Shown piece after piece: positions 26,016-35,187 of a DNA stretch of 49,355 bases; within the stretch, counting starts at the first letter, position 1, and the number at the start of each line of letters is the position of its first letter. This stretch comes from a virus (Duplodnaviria; Caudoviricetes). The stretch spans positions 1-49,355 of IMG/VR virus record IMGVR_UViG_3300032212_000020; one strand, given 5' to 3'. The position numbers and the translations under genes were made by a program. The notes under the pieces were generated by a model. That model worked only from the letters and a program-made list of their open reading frames with translations, did no database searches and was not told where the DNA came from.

Positions 26016-27323
26016 ATGGCCCTCGCCCAGGTCTCCTCGGTCTCCCGCGTGGTCGAGTACCTCCGGCGCCTGTTCGGCGGGAAGGCGCACGTCCCCATGC
26101 TCCCGGCCCCCCGAGGCGCGGAGTCGACTGGGGCGGGCTTCATCAGCCCCCGCGAGACGGACGCCACGGTCGACGCGACGGCGATGCGGAACCTCGTCAC
26201 GGCCAACCCGTGGGCGATGGCGGGCATCCGCGAGATCGCGCAGGAGATCGCCGCGCGGCCCGTGCAGGTCTGCATTCCCGACGAGGACGGGAAGCCCGCC
26301 GACCTGGGCAAGGCCCATCCCCTGGCGTGGTTCCTGAGCAACCAGGTCCGGGGCTACACGCTGAGGCAGTACGTCGAGCGGCAGGTCATCAACCTGCTCG
26401 TCACCGGGGAGCTCTTCGCCGAGGTGTTCGGCCGGCCCTCCGCGACGCTGCCGCAGGTCGGCACCCTCATCCCCCACGATCCGGAGGATGCCAACCCCCG
26501 GGTGAGCGGCGACGAGACCGAGCTGCTCGACTTTCGCATCTCGCTCCCGTCCGGCCGGTACCTGGTGCCTCGCTCACGGATGGTCTTCTGCGCGCTGTCC
26601 CCAGCCTTCGGGGGCCCGGAGCGGTTCCGCGGCATCTCGCCTCTGTACCCGCTCATCAGCGAGCTCAGGGGCTACGCGAAGGACCAGGGGTTCCAGGAGG
26701 CCCGCCCCCGCGGCAGCGCGGGCAACCTTGCGATCAAGTTCCAGGACACCAGCGACGTCGCCAAGGCCGGGCGCACCGCTTCGATGATGAACACCATCCG
26801 AGAGCGCACCGGGTACACGCTCGCTCTCAAGGGCGTCGAGGTCTCCGGGCTCCCCGAGAGCAAGGAGCCGGACCTCGTCAAGGACCGGCAGCACGAGGTG
26901 AAGCGAGCCGTCATGGTCGCCCTCGGCATCGCGCCGGTGACCTGGGACGAGAGCGTCACCAACGACTCGGCGAGCGAGGTCCAGCAGCGGAAGGAGCGCC
27001 GCATGATGCGGGCCCTGTCCGACCTGGTCTGGCGCCAGCACGAGTCCCTGGTCCGCCTGCTGGCGCGACCAGGGGAGATGGACGCCGGCCTCCACATCCG
27101 GTCCGACTGGTCCGGGGAGCTGGAGGCGGAAGAGCAGGCCGCGGAGCTCGCTCGCCTGGGCCTCGAGGCCAAGCGGGCCGAAGTGGTCAAGACCTACACG
27201 GGCGCAGGAGTCCCGCTCGCTGAGGCGATGCGGCTGGCCAGCGTCGACACCGAAACGGAGGCCGCCCATGCGGACCGAGACGAGGAAGCACGGGGAGCTC
27301 GCGGCCGGCTGCGCGCTGTCTGA
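26016..27323 (+). CDS. Portal protein
   Basis: Position after terL; NPWAMAGIREIAQEIA, HPLAWFL, LLVTGELF, RGISPL, ALGIAP (HK97-portal-like pattern). Confidence 0.8.
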   Translation: MALAQVSSVSRVVEYLRRLFGGKAHVPMLPAPRGAESTGAGFISPRETDATVDATAMRNLVTANPWAMAGIREIAQEIAARPVQVCIPDEDGKPADLGKAHPLAWFLSNQVRGYTLRQYVERQVINLLVTGELFAEVFGRPSATLPQVGTLIPHDPEDANPRVSGDETELLDFRISLPSGRYLVPRSRMVFCALSPAFGGPERFRGISPLYPLISELRGYAKDQGFQEARPRGSAGNLAIKFQDTSDVAKAGRTASMMNTIRERTGYTLALKGVEVSGLPESKEPDLVKDRQHEVKRAVMVALGIAPVTWDESVTNDSASEVQQRKERRMMRALSDLVWRQHESLVRLLARPGEMDAGLHIRSDWSGELEAEEQAAELARLGLEAKRAEVVKTYTGAGVPLAEAMRLASVDTETEAAHADRDEEARGARGRLRAV

Positions 27324-28230
27324 GGCCCAGCGGGTCCAGAGCGAAGCCGGTGAGCTGCACGTCCTGAACAGCGGGAAGGCCTACGGCGGCGAGATGCTGC
27401 TGCGGGGCGTCATCCGCATCCGCCAGAACCCCAACGTCGCGGGCGAGCTCATCATGCTCGGCGACCACAACCGCCGGGTCATCGTCGGGGCCTGGACGGG
27501 CGCTCGGGTCGACGGCAACCAGGTAGTGGCCGAGGGATTCCGTTGGGCCTCCGCCGAGGTGGAGCCGAACGTCACGCGGTACCGGGGACTGGTGGACGAG
27601 AAGCTCCTGTGGGGCGTCTCCATCGGGTTCCGCGGCCGCTGGTACTGGGTGGCCGACCTTCCGGACAGCGACCCCGCCAAGGAGTCCGGAGCCGTCTGGC
27701 TCATCGAGGGCACCGAGGAACATCCCATCGAGGTCTACGAGGCCTCGCTGGTGACCATTGGGGCCGACGGCGAGTCCATGATCACCTACGCCCTGGCCGA
27801 GGGGGAGCCGCCCCCCATCGAGCGCGACGCCGCGCTGGAGCTGGACGAGGAGGAGGTCGAGACCGTCGAGTCCGTCGCGGCTCAGCTCATGGCGGCACAC
27901 CTCCAGGAGCACCACGACCTCGAAGCGGAGGAGGCTGAGGCCCAGGTCCGCGCCATGCTCGAGGGCGAGCGGGTCGAGGAGGACGGGGAGCCGGCCGAGG
28001 AGGCTGACGCCGAAACCTCCCTGGACAGCGGAACCGAGCTCACCGACGACGGCGGCGGCACCGAGTCCATCGAAGAGGCCCCGGGCGAGGGCGCCGAGCC
28101 CACCGCGGCCGACGAGAGCTTCACCGAGGGCGAGGAGGAGACCGCTGCGCCACCCCAGACCCTCTCCGACTGGTGGTCCACCGGGTCCACCTCCAACGAC
28201 GTTGACCCGCTCACCGCGTGGTGGGGTTGA
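27268..28230 (+). CDS. Prohead maturation protease with acidic C-terminal extension
   Basis: DHN, GVSIGF and YEASLVTIGAD motifs of HK97-type protease. Confidence 0.8.
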   Translation: MRTETRKHGELAAGCALSEAQRVQSEAGELHVLNSGKAYGGEMLLRGVIRIRQNPNVAGELIMLGDHNRRVIVGAWTGARVDGNQVVAEGFRWASAEVEPNVTRYRGLVDEKLLWGVSIGFRGRWYWVADLPDSDPAKESGAVWLIEGTEEHPIEVYEASLVTIGADGESMITYALAEGEPPPIERDAALELDEEEVETVESVAAQLMAAHLQEHHDLEAEEAEAQVRAMLEGERVEEDGEPAEEADAETSLDSGTELTDDGGGTESIEEAPGEGAEPTAADESFTEGEEETAAPPQTLSDWWSTGSTSNDVDPLTAWWG

Positions 28231-28269
28231 CGTTTCATCCTGAGACGCATACCGTTTCAACAATGAAAC
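28227..28269 (+). promoter_or_regulatory. Sigma70-like capsid promoter overlapped by two GTTTCA/TGARAC dyads
   Basis: TTGACG 28227 -17 bp- TACCGT 28250; dyads at 28232-46 and 28254-69; CAGGAGG SD follows. Confidence 0.65.
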
Positions 28270-28280
28270 AGGAGGGCCCA

Positions 28281-29939
28281 ATGCCCGAGGACAGCATCCC
28301 CGACAGCCCGCAGGACTTCATCGTCGAGGTCCGCAAGGAGCTCGCCTCCATGGGGGCCAAGCTCGACGACGCCGTCACCTCCGTGGCCGAGATGGCCGGC
28401 GGCGGCGCCCGGGTCGAGACGCAGACCATCGAAGAGGCCGGCTACGGCGCCTTCACGGCGGACGACGGCCGAGTCCGGCTCACGGGCGGGCACGTCACCC
28501 ACGAGGTGAGGCTCACCGACGGCCGCAGCGAGCGAGTGGACGTGAAGGTCCCGGGCCTGTTCGAGGCGGTCGACGCCGAGGACTGCGGGCTCTCCAGCTC
28601 CGACCGCGACGCCATCCGCCGCGTCCGCCACGCCCTCGGCAAGGTCAACGTCCTCGCCAAGCTCGGCGTCACCGCCGGCTCGGGCCAGTACCTGGGCGAG
28701 CTCGCCCTGGCCGCCAAGGCCGCCCCCGCCGCGGTCCGCCCGGCGCTGCTCAAGCTCTCGGAGCAGGTCTCCGGCCGCTTCATGGGCCGCGCCTCCGGAT
28801 TCCGAGACGGTGCCTTCGCGACGGGCCACAGCACCGCCCAGACCTCCGGCAACCCGGGGTACAACTGGGTGGGCGACCAGATCCTCCCCGGCGCCCTGGA
28901 CGTGACGGCGGACCTGGCGGGGCTGTACCCCCGCATCGCGACCCCGATCGGCGGCGAGGCCTCCCGGCACGCCACCGCGAAGACGAAGCTGCGGGTCATC
29001 ACCAGCCTCGGCGGCTTCGGCAAGATCGGCCGCCAGCTGAGCACCACGGGCTCCGAGTACCCGTCCACGCAGTTCGACACCGACCTGGTCGAGGCCAACG
29101 GCCAGCGCGCCGCCTGGGCTGCGAGCCTCGACGAGGTGGACCTCGACGACCCCCGGTCCGCCATCGACATGGTGAGCGCGGCCCGGACCGCCGCCGAGAA
29201 GTCCTACTTCGTGGACCTCGACCTCCGCGCGTTCTTCGGCCAGGAGGAGAGTGTCGCCTCGGCGCACACGTTCGCCGCGGCCGGGCTCCAGCAGATCGTC
29301 GCCGACGGGCGCGACTCCAACTTCTCGGGACAGCCCACCGACCCGATGCTCATCGCGGACGGCATCCTGGCATGGGCGGTGGACCGCTCGACCCGGGTGG
29401 ACGTCATCGCGGGCACGAGCCTGTCGGCCGCGGGCGACATCAACGACAGCCGCCAGAACTTCCTCATCGGCTGGAACTACATCAAGAACCAGCTCGACGC
29501 CCAGTACCAGGACGGCGGGATGGGGCTGGCGATGTTCTGCAGCAACCGCATCGCGGACGCGCTGCTCGTCGTCGACGCCATCGGGACCTTCTCGGCTCCC
29601 CTGTTCCGCCCGGCGACGCCGGAGGAGCGCGCGGCCAACCCGTTCTTCCGCGGCACGCTCATCGACGGCACCCCGGTGTACGCCTCGTCCCTGTGGGGCA
29701 CCAACTACAGCGCCGCGGGCGTGCCGACCTCGGGGGCCTCGCTCGACGTCATCGGTGCCAGCTACCTGCCCTCGGTCTACGACCTCCGGGGCGCCGGCGA
29801 CGGCCGCTTCCGCGTCGAGCGCATCCCGGGCACCGAGCGCGTCGTCGCCTCGATGCTGAGCAACCGCCAGGCCTGGAACCCGCTCCCCGCGGCGAAGAAG
29901 GCCCACGCCCTCGGCTACAACCTCGACTTCGACGTCTGA
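28281..29939 (+). CDS. Major capsid protein (divergent, long N-terminal region)
   Basis: Position after protease, own promoter, strongly biased codons, GTLIDGTPVY near the C-terminus. Confidence 0.7.
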   Translation: MPEDSIPDSPQDFIVEVRKELASMGAKLDDAVTSVAEMAGGGARVETQTIEEAGYGAFTADDGRVRLTGGHVTHEVRLTDGRSERVDVKVPGLFEAVDAEDCGLSSSDRDAIRRVRHALGKVNVLAKLGVTAGSGQYLGELALAAKAAPAAVRPALLKLSEQVSGRFMGRASGFRDGAFATGHSTAQTSGNPGYNWVGDQILPGALDVTADLAGLYPRIATPIGGEASRHATAKTKLRVITSLGGFGKIGRQLSTTGSEYPSTQFDTDLVEANGQRAAWAASLDEVDLDDPRSAIDMVSAARTAAEKSYFVDLDLRAFFGQEESVASAHTFAAAGLQQIVADGRDSNFSGQPTDPMLIADGILAWAVDRSTRVDVIAGTSLSAAGDINDSRQNFLIGWNYIKNQLDAQYQDGGMGLAMFCSNRIADALLVVDAIGTFSAPLFRPATPEERAANPFFRGTLIDGTPVYASSLWGTNYSAAGVPTSGASLDVIGASYLPSVYDLRGAGDGRFRVERIPGTERVVASMLSNRQAWNPLPAAKKAHALGYNLDFDV

Positions 29940-29997
29940 GCCACCCCCTGACCGGTGGCCGCAGGGTCGCCGGTCTCCCCTCTCGGGAGAGACCACC

Positions 29998-30366
29998 ATG
30001 CAGAAGATCATCTACCTCGAGGCGGCCGGCACCAACGTCGAGGCCGACGCCCGCAAGCTCATCCCTGGCGCCACCGGCCAGAAGTTCATCATCGAGAAGG
30101 TCGGCCTCGTCGACTGGGATGGCATCACCGGCCACGCCTCCAACTACGTCGAGATCGACCTGCTCCACGGCACGGCTGTCATCGCGTCGCGCGACACGGA
30201 CTCCGCCGGGGACGGCACCCTGACGGCGCTCACGCCCGAGGACATGTCCGCGGCGGTCGGCACCATCGTCACGGCCGGCGACTACCTCCACCTGGACGTG
30301 GACAAGCAGGGCACCGGCCCGGCGTTCAACGCCCAGGTGCTGGTCGGGCTCCGCGCCGTCCTCTGA
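29998..30366 (+). CDS. Putative capsid decoration/cement protein
   Basis: Small beta-rich protein directly after the MCP. Confidence 0.55.
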   Translation: MQKIIYLEAAGTNVEADARKLIPGATGQKFIIEKVGLVDWDGITGHASNYVEIDLLHGTAVIASRDTDSAGDGTLTALTPEDMSAAVGTIVTAGDYLHLDVDKQGTGPAFNAQVLVGLRAVL

Positions 30367-30387
30367 TTCCTCGCCTTCGCGGCTTCC

Positions 30388-30421
30388 GGGGGCGGGTCCT
30401 CATCCCCGGGGGCCCGCCCCC
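30388..30421 (+). terminator. GC-rich hairpin after the capsid genes (terminator or stabiliser)
   Basis: GGGGGCGGGTCCTC / GGGGGCCCGCCCCC stem with G-U pairs; no U-tract. Confidence 0.45.
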
Positions 30422-30439
30422 TCTGCGTAGGAGCGGCCA

Positions 30440-30721
30440 GTGGCTGCCATCGACTTCACCAGCTCCCCCGTCGCCAACGACACGAAGACGGGCAGCGCGG
30501 GCACCTCCCACACGCTGACGCCCAACGGCAAGGCGGCATCGCTGCACTACCGGGACGCGGTGGGTGGCGTGTTCAAGCACGTCGACGGCTCCGACGTCCC
30601 CTACGACCCGGACACGTGGACGCGCGTGTGGGGCAAGGACCCTGGCTCCCAGCTCCTCACCACCGGCACCATCGTCGTCACCCCGGCGTCCTCGACCGTC
30701 CCCTACGCGCGGCAGGAGTAG
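30440..30721 (+). CDS. Small virion protein
   Basis: AGGAG SD; Thr/Ser-rich; structural operon. Confidence 0.6.
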   Translation: MAAIDFTSSPVANDTKTGSAGTSHTLTPNGKAASLHYRDAVGGVFKHVDGSDVPYDPDTWTRVWGKDPGSQLLTTGTIVVTPASSTVPYARQE

Positions 30722-30724
30722 GCC

Positions 30725-31345
30725 ATGGCTCTGCTCGATCTCAGTGACTGGAAGGCCCAGTACCGCAAGGCGCCAGGGGACACGCAGGACACCCGCCTGA
30801 CGGCGTGGATGGCGGCGTGGGAGGAGGTGTTCCTCGAGCGCATCGGCGTCCCGGAGAACGACGCCGGGACGCTCACGCTGGACCAGGCGACCTACACCGT
30901 GGTGTACGGCGACGACGACTTCGACATGCGCCTGACGCGCGGCGGCGGCGGCTCCGTCATCCCCCCCATGGTCGGCTGGACCACCACCACGCTCCACAGC
31001 TCGACCGACGGCGAGTTCACGTCGACCGAGCTGCACGACAGCGACGAGTACGACGACCGGAACACCCGCAACCCCTCCCAGGTGAAGGTGAAGCTCCGGC
31101 CCGCGTACAGCTTCGCGGAGGGCTGCGAGGTCCAGCTGGTGGGCGTCGGCGGGTACGCCGTGGTGCCGAACCGGTTCAAGCACGCCTTCGGGGCCGCCCT
31201 CGACTGGTTCGACCGCCGCTGGGAGACGCGCGGCGAGAAGTCCGAGAGCGTGCAGGGCACGCCCAGCCGCTCCTTCACCGTCGAGGACCTCCCCCCGGAC
31301 ATCGTCGAGCTCATCGACGCCTGCCGCATGCCCTGGCGGCTGTAG
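30725..31345 (+). CDS. Head-tail connector (adaptor) protein
   Basis: LLDLSDWK...DTRL...GYAVVPNRFKHA...LPPDIVELIDACR; position. Confidence 0.7.
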   Translation: MALLDLSDWKAQYRKAPGDTQDTRLTAWMAAWEEVFLERIGVPENDAGTLTLDQATYTVVYGDDDFDMRLTRGGGGSVIPPMVGWTTTTLHSSTDGEFTSTELHDSDEYDDRNTRNPSQVKVKLRPAYSFAEGCEVQLVGVGGYAVVPNRFKHAFGAALDWFDRRWETRGEKSESVQGTPSRSFTVEDLPPDIVELIDACRMPWRL

Positions 31346-31914
31346 TGGGCGTCCTCACGCCAGCGCAGTTCGATGCCCTGTTCACCCACGTCGAGGACCG
31401 GGTGTCCGACCGTGTGGACGCGGTGGCGGCCGTGCTCGCGGAGAGCATGGCGCAGGCGACCGTCGTGAACATCCTGCAGCGGCTCACGCGTCGCTCGGGG
31501 ACGCTGCTGGACTCGGTGGACGCCGAGATCAAGCGCAGCGGGTCCGTCATCGAGGTCTGGCTGACGGTCGGCGAGAACAGCCCGGCGGGGGCCTACGCCA
31601 AGGTCCAGGACGAGGGCTCCGGGTATCTCCCCGGCGGCGTCATCCGGCCACGGCGGGCCAAGTACCTGGCCATCCCCATGCCCATCGGCCGCGGGTCGGC
31701 CGGCCCGCAGTCGCCGCGCGACCTCCCCGAGGGCGAGGTGCAGTGGATCCCGAGGCAGGGCGGTGGCTTCTTCGTCATCTACGGCGGCCAGCTGCTCTTC
31801 GTGCTGGTCCCTGAGATCCGCCTGCAGCCTACCCACTACGCCCGCGACGCCTTCAACGAGGTGGCGAAGAGCGAGGCCAAGCGCGAGCTCGCGGCCATCG
31901 TGGAGGTCCTGTGA
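31345..31914 (+). CDS. Neck/tail-completion protein (HK97 gp10-like)
   Basis: RSGTLLDSV...YAKVQDEG...IRPRRAKYLAIP...PTHYARDAF. Confidence 0.65.
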   Translation: MGVLTPAQFDALFTHVEDRVSDRVDAVAAVLAESMAQATVVNILQRLTRRSGTLLDSVDAEIKRSGSVIEVWLTVGENSPAGAYAKVQDEGSGYLPGGVIRPRRAKYLAIPMPIGRGSAGPQSPRDLPEGEVQWIPRQGGGFFVIYGGQLLFVLVPEIRLQPTHYARDAFNEVAKSEAKRELAAIVEVL

Positions 31915-32351
31915 GCCTGGAGCGCGCCAACCGGCGGGCGGCCTTCATCTCGCTGCTCGACGGCCTGACGCTGACCGAGAGCACGCTCGTCGGGTCTCCG
32001 CTCGCGCTGACTGGCAAGGTGGCGTCCGGGCCGGTCCGGAACTCCGTGCCATCGGGCGAGACCGACGTGAGGGTCACCATCCTCAGCGGAAACACGGGGG
32101 CGCAGGACCTGTGGTACCAGGCGCGCGAGACGGTCCACATTCGGCTCATGCTGCCGGTGACTGACGCCGCCGACGACGGGGCCGCGGACGCCATCATCGA
32201 CCAGCTCCGCCAGGCCATCACCGGCTCGACCTTCGACGGGTACGTGCACCTCATCTCGCGCGTGGCCGACTCCCACCACCTGAGCAACGACGGGCAGCTC
32301 GGCATCGACCTCATGGTCACCGCCGAGTTCATGCGCCCGCCGGGGGGCTGA
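31911..32351 (+). CDS. Putative tail terminator
   Basis: 146 aa; position before the tail tube. Confidence 0.5.
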   Translation: MSLERANRRAAFISLLDGLTLTESTLVGSPLALTGKVASGPVRNSVPSGETDVRVTILSGNTGAQDLWYQARETVHIRLMLPVTDAADDGAADAIIDQLRQAITGSTFDGYVHLISRVADSHHLSNDGQLGIDLMVTAEFMRPPGG

Positions 32352-32352
32352 C

Positions 32353-33171
32353 ATGGCCTGGGGCTTCGACGCGACCACGTGGGCCATCCGGGTCCCCATC
32401 GTCATCCCGGCGGCTGTGGCGGCTGGCACGGCCATCCTCGCCTCGGTGAACATGCCGGGCGCCTTCGCCCTGTTCTGGGACCACATCGACAGCAGCGGGT
32501 ACTACGCCTACTTCAGCGACGCCGACGGCAACGAGCTCGAATGGGACCGGAGCAACTGGGACCACGCCAACCGGCTGGCCACGCTCCGGGTCGAGTACAC
32601 GACGCCCACGGGCTCGGACACGAGCGACATCCACATCGTCTACATGTACCTGACCAAGGCGGGGGCGGGCGACGGCGGGGGCGACAACGCAGGCAGCCCC
32701 ACGGGCACCGCGAAGACCGGGTACTGCCCGCCAGCGATGGAGTTCCCCAAGCAGGGCTTCGAGCCGCTCACGGGCGACCTGCTGCGCGACGACGACGGCA
32801 CCTGGCGCCCCTCGGACAAGCTCACCATCCTGCAGGACGCCACGCACGTCGTCCTGCTCACGATGGGCGCCGTGTTCATGCAGAACAGCCCGGGGCACTC
32901 CGTCAACGGCAAGGACGAGAGTGAGGCCCCCTCTTGGTTCACCTGGGACGTCCTCAACGACGCCGGAGTGAGCCAGACCGGGTGGTTCACGGCCGAGGAC
33001 GCGCGCTGCGTCGCGGGGGCGGCCGGCGATGCGTCGGCGCTCGCCCTGTACCTGCCCATCGAGCCGAACGGGGCGGCCTCGAACCGCCTCAAGGTCGAGA
33101 TCACCACCAACGAATCCCGGACGCTTCAGCGCTGGGTCCACCTAACGGCCGTCGAGCCGTCCATCTCGTAG
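32353..33171 (+). CDS. Virion protein with DUF2341-like N-terminal domain
   Basis: FWDHIDSSG...FSDADGNELEWDRSNWD...IVYMY. Confidence 0.55.
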   Translation: MAWGFDATTWAIRVPIVIPAAVAAGTAILASVNMPGAFALFWDHIDSSGYYAYFSDADGNELEWDRSNWDHANRLATLRVEYTTPTGSDTSDIHIVYMYLTKAGAGDGGGDNAGSPTGTAKTGYCPPAMEFPKQGFEPLTGDLLRDDDGTWRPSDKLTILQDATHVVLLTMGAVFMQNSPGHSVNGKDESEAPSWFTWDVLNDAGVSQTGWFTAEDARCVAGAAGDASALALYLPIEPNGAASNRLKVEITTNESRTLQRWVHLTAVEPSIS

Positions 33172-33180
33172 GAGCCGACC

Positions 33181-34188
33181 ATGGCCAGCTACCCCGGCAA
33201 CGCCAAGATCCGCGGCGGCAACACCCAGTACGGGTTCGCCGCCGAGGCCACCCCCAACGACGGCATCACCACGGGCGACGCCCTGGCGTGGTTCCAGCCC
33301 CTCTCGGACGGACTCAAGCCCGTCATCGAGAAGGTGGAGCTGGACGACATGGGCCTCACCGATGACGGCCTGAGCAGCGTCCGCTACGTCGCCAAGGAGC
33401 ACGTCGAGGGCGACCTGGACTTCATCTTCGACGTGGACAACTGCGGGATGCTGCTGCGGGCGGCCTGGGGCGCGGTCGCGACCTCGGGCTCGGGCCCGTA
33501 TACGCACACCTACACCCTCGACATCGACAACCCGGCGACGCTCGGCGCGGCTCGCGTGAGCGAGGACACCGCGGGCACCACCTACGAGGACGAGTACGGC
33601 CAGCTGCTGGTGAGCAAGTACGTCCTGGAGGCCTCCCCCGGCGGCCAGGTCAAGCAGACGCTGAGCCTGGTCGGCAACATCGACACGCTGGGGACGTCCG
33701 CCGCGACGCAGACCCGGGCGACGCCGGCCCCCACGAAGCTGCTCACGCTGCTCTCGAAGCACTCCGCGGCGATGTCGTGGAACTCGAACACCTACGAGCT
33801 CACGGCGTTCCAGTTCGTGCTCGAGCGGACCGGCATCGGCTCCGACGTCCAGTACGTCTCGCAGGTCGGCATCGCGGAGACCTACATCGGCGGCAACACC
33901 AAGGCGTACGTCGAGGTGGAGATGCTGATGTCGGACTACCACCTGATGACGGCGGCCCGCGGCGACACGCAGAGCGACGCGTCCATCGTCTTCACGGTCG
34001 GCTCCGACACCGTCACGCTCACGCTCGAGAACGCCGAGGTCGCGTCCTACGACGAGGACTCGTCCAGCATGGGCCCGAAGACGGTGAAGTGCCGCTTCGA
34101 GGCCACGGGCGGGGGGTCCTTCGGCGCGAAGATGGTCGTGGTGAACAGCCAGGCCAACGCGGTGGTCACCCACAACACCGCCGCGTGA
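33181..34188 (+). CDS. Major tail tube protein
   Basis: YGFAAEAT...VEGDLDF...GPYTHTYT; AGGAG SD; precedes chaperone and TMP. Confidence 0.75.
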   Translation: MASYPGNAKIRGGNTQYGFAAEATPNDGITTGDALAWFQPLSDGLKPVIEKVELDDMGLTDDGLSSVRYVAKEHVEGDLDFIFDVDNCGMLLRAAWGAVATSGSGPYTHTYTLDIDNPATLGAARVSEDTAGTTYEDEYGQLLVSKYVLEASPGGQVKQTLSLVGNIDTLGTSAATQTRATPAPTKLLTLLSKHSAAMSWNSNTYELTAFQFVLERTGIGSDVQYVSQVGIAETYIGGNTKAYVEVEMLMSDYHLMTAARGDTQSDASIVFTVGSDTVTLTLENAEVASYDEDSSSMGPKTVKCRFEATGGGSFGAKMVVVNSQANAVVTHNTAA

Positions 34189-35186
34189 GCCCCGTGACTC
34201 ACGACCCCGTCGCGCCCTGGTACGACGGTCGCCGGGACCTGGCTTCGGCCTGGATCCCGGGGGCCTGGGACCTCTGCGTGCGCGGGCTGGAGCCGTCCGA
34301 CGAGTACCGGCTGCGTGAGCTCATCGCCGCCAGCGTGCAGGCCGCCCAGGACGGCGACGCCGGCGCGCTGGACATGAAGACGTGGCGCGCGGTGGTCCGG
34401 GACCTCGTGGTGGGCATCCGGGCCGAGGAGAGCGGCGGCGAGGCTGTGAGATGCCGCCTCACGCCCGTCGACATCCTCGTGGCGACCGAGCAGCCCCGGC
34501 CCTTCCTCCCCGCGCGACTGCTCACCGATGGGCACCTGTCCGCAGCGGTGGGCGCCCTGCTCACGGCGCTGCACGCTCGGCATGCCAACCGGCTGGCTGC
34601 CATCGGCGACGACGCCCACTCCCCCCCCGCAGGCTGCGAGGCTGTCCCTACGGCCCTCGGCTGGCTCGCGGTGCGCCCGCACACGCTCAGCACGCTCCGA
34701 GGAGAGACGGCGCAGGGCCGCGGGCTGGCGGCAGCGCTGTCGACCTACCTCCTGCGCGGGGCCGACCCGATGACACTGGAGCTCTCGGAGCCGGACCTGA
34801 TGGCGATGACCGAGGACGCGGCCTCTGCCGTGACGCACCGATGGGCGGACGGGCGTTGGGAGCGGTGCCACCTCACCACCGACCCCGAGGGCAGCGACGA
34901 GGCAGCGACCGAGTACGCCGGCCTGTGGGTCGTGCAGGACCTGGTCGCCGTGCACGAGGTGGCCGCCCGCTACCTCGTGGCCGCCGGGGGGTTCCTCGAG
35001 CCGTGGACGCAGTCGTCTCAGGCGCTGGCGGCGATGTCGGCGGACGGCACGCCCCCGTTCGTTGTCGACGACGAGCAGTACGAGGCCCTCGACAAGCCGG
35101 CCCGCCTGATCGCGCGGGTCGCGTGGTCGCGGGCGTGGGCGTGGGAGCGCGACAGCCAGATCTCCAACCACATCGGGAGGGCCTGA
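34185..35186 (+). CDS. Putative tail assembly chaperone (single long ORF)
   Basis: Position between tube and TMP; GTGA coupling. Confidence 0.5.
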   Translation: MSPVTHDPVAPWYDGRRDLASAWIPGAWDLCVRGLEPSDEYRLRELIAASVQAAQDGDAGALDMKTWRAVVRDLVVGIRAEESGGEAVRCRLTPVDILVATEQPRPFLPARLLTDGHLSAAVGALLTALHARHANRLAAIGDDAHSPPAGCEAVPTALGWLAVRPHTLSTLRGETAQGRGLAAALSTYLLRGADPMTLELSEPDLMAMTEDAASAVTHRWADGRWERCHLTTDPEGSDEAATEYAGLWVVQDLVAVHEVAARYLVAAGGFLEPWTQSSQALAAMSADGTPPFVVDDEQYEALDKPARLIARVAWSRAWAWERDSQISNHIGRA

Positions 35187-35187
35187 C

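Noticed and set aside
34621-34628. C8 run as the programmed frameshift site of the tail chaperone
   Set aside because: The ORF already reads through to the TMP start in one frame; no evidence that a shift gives a meaningful product
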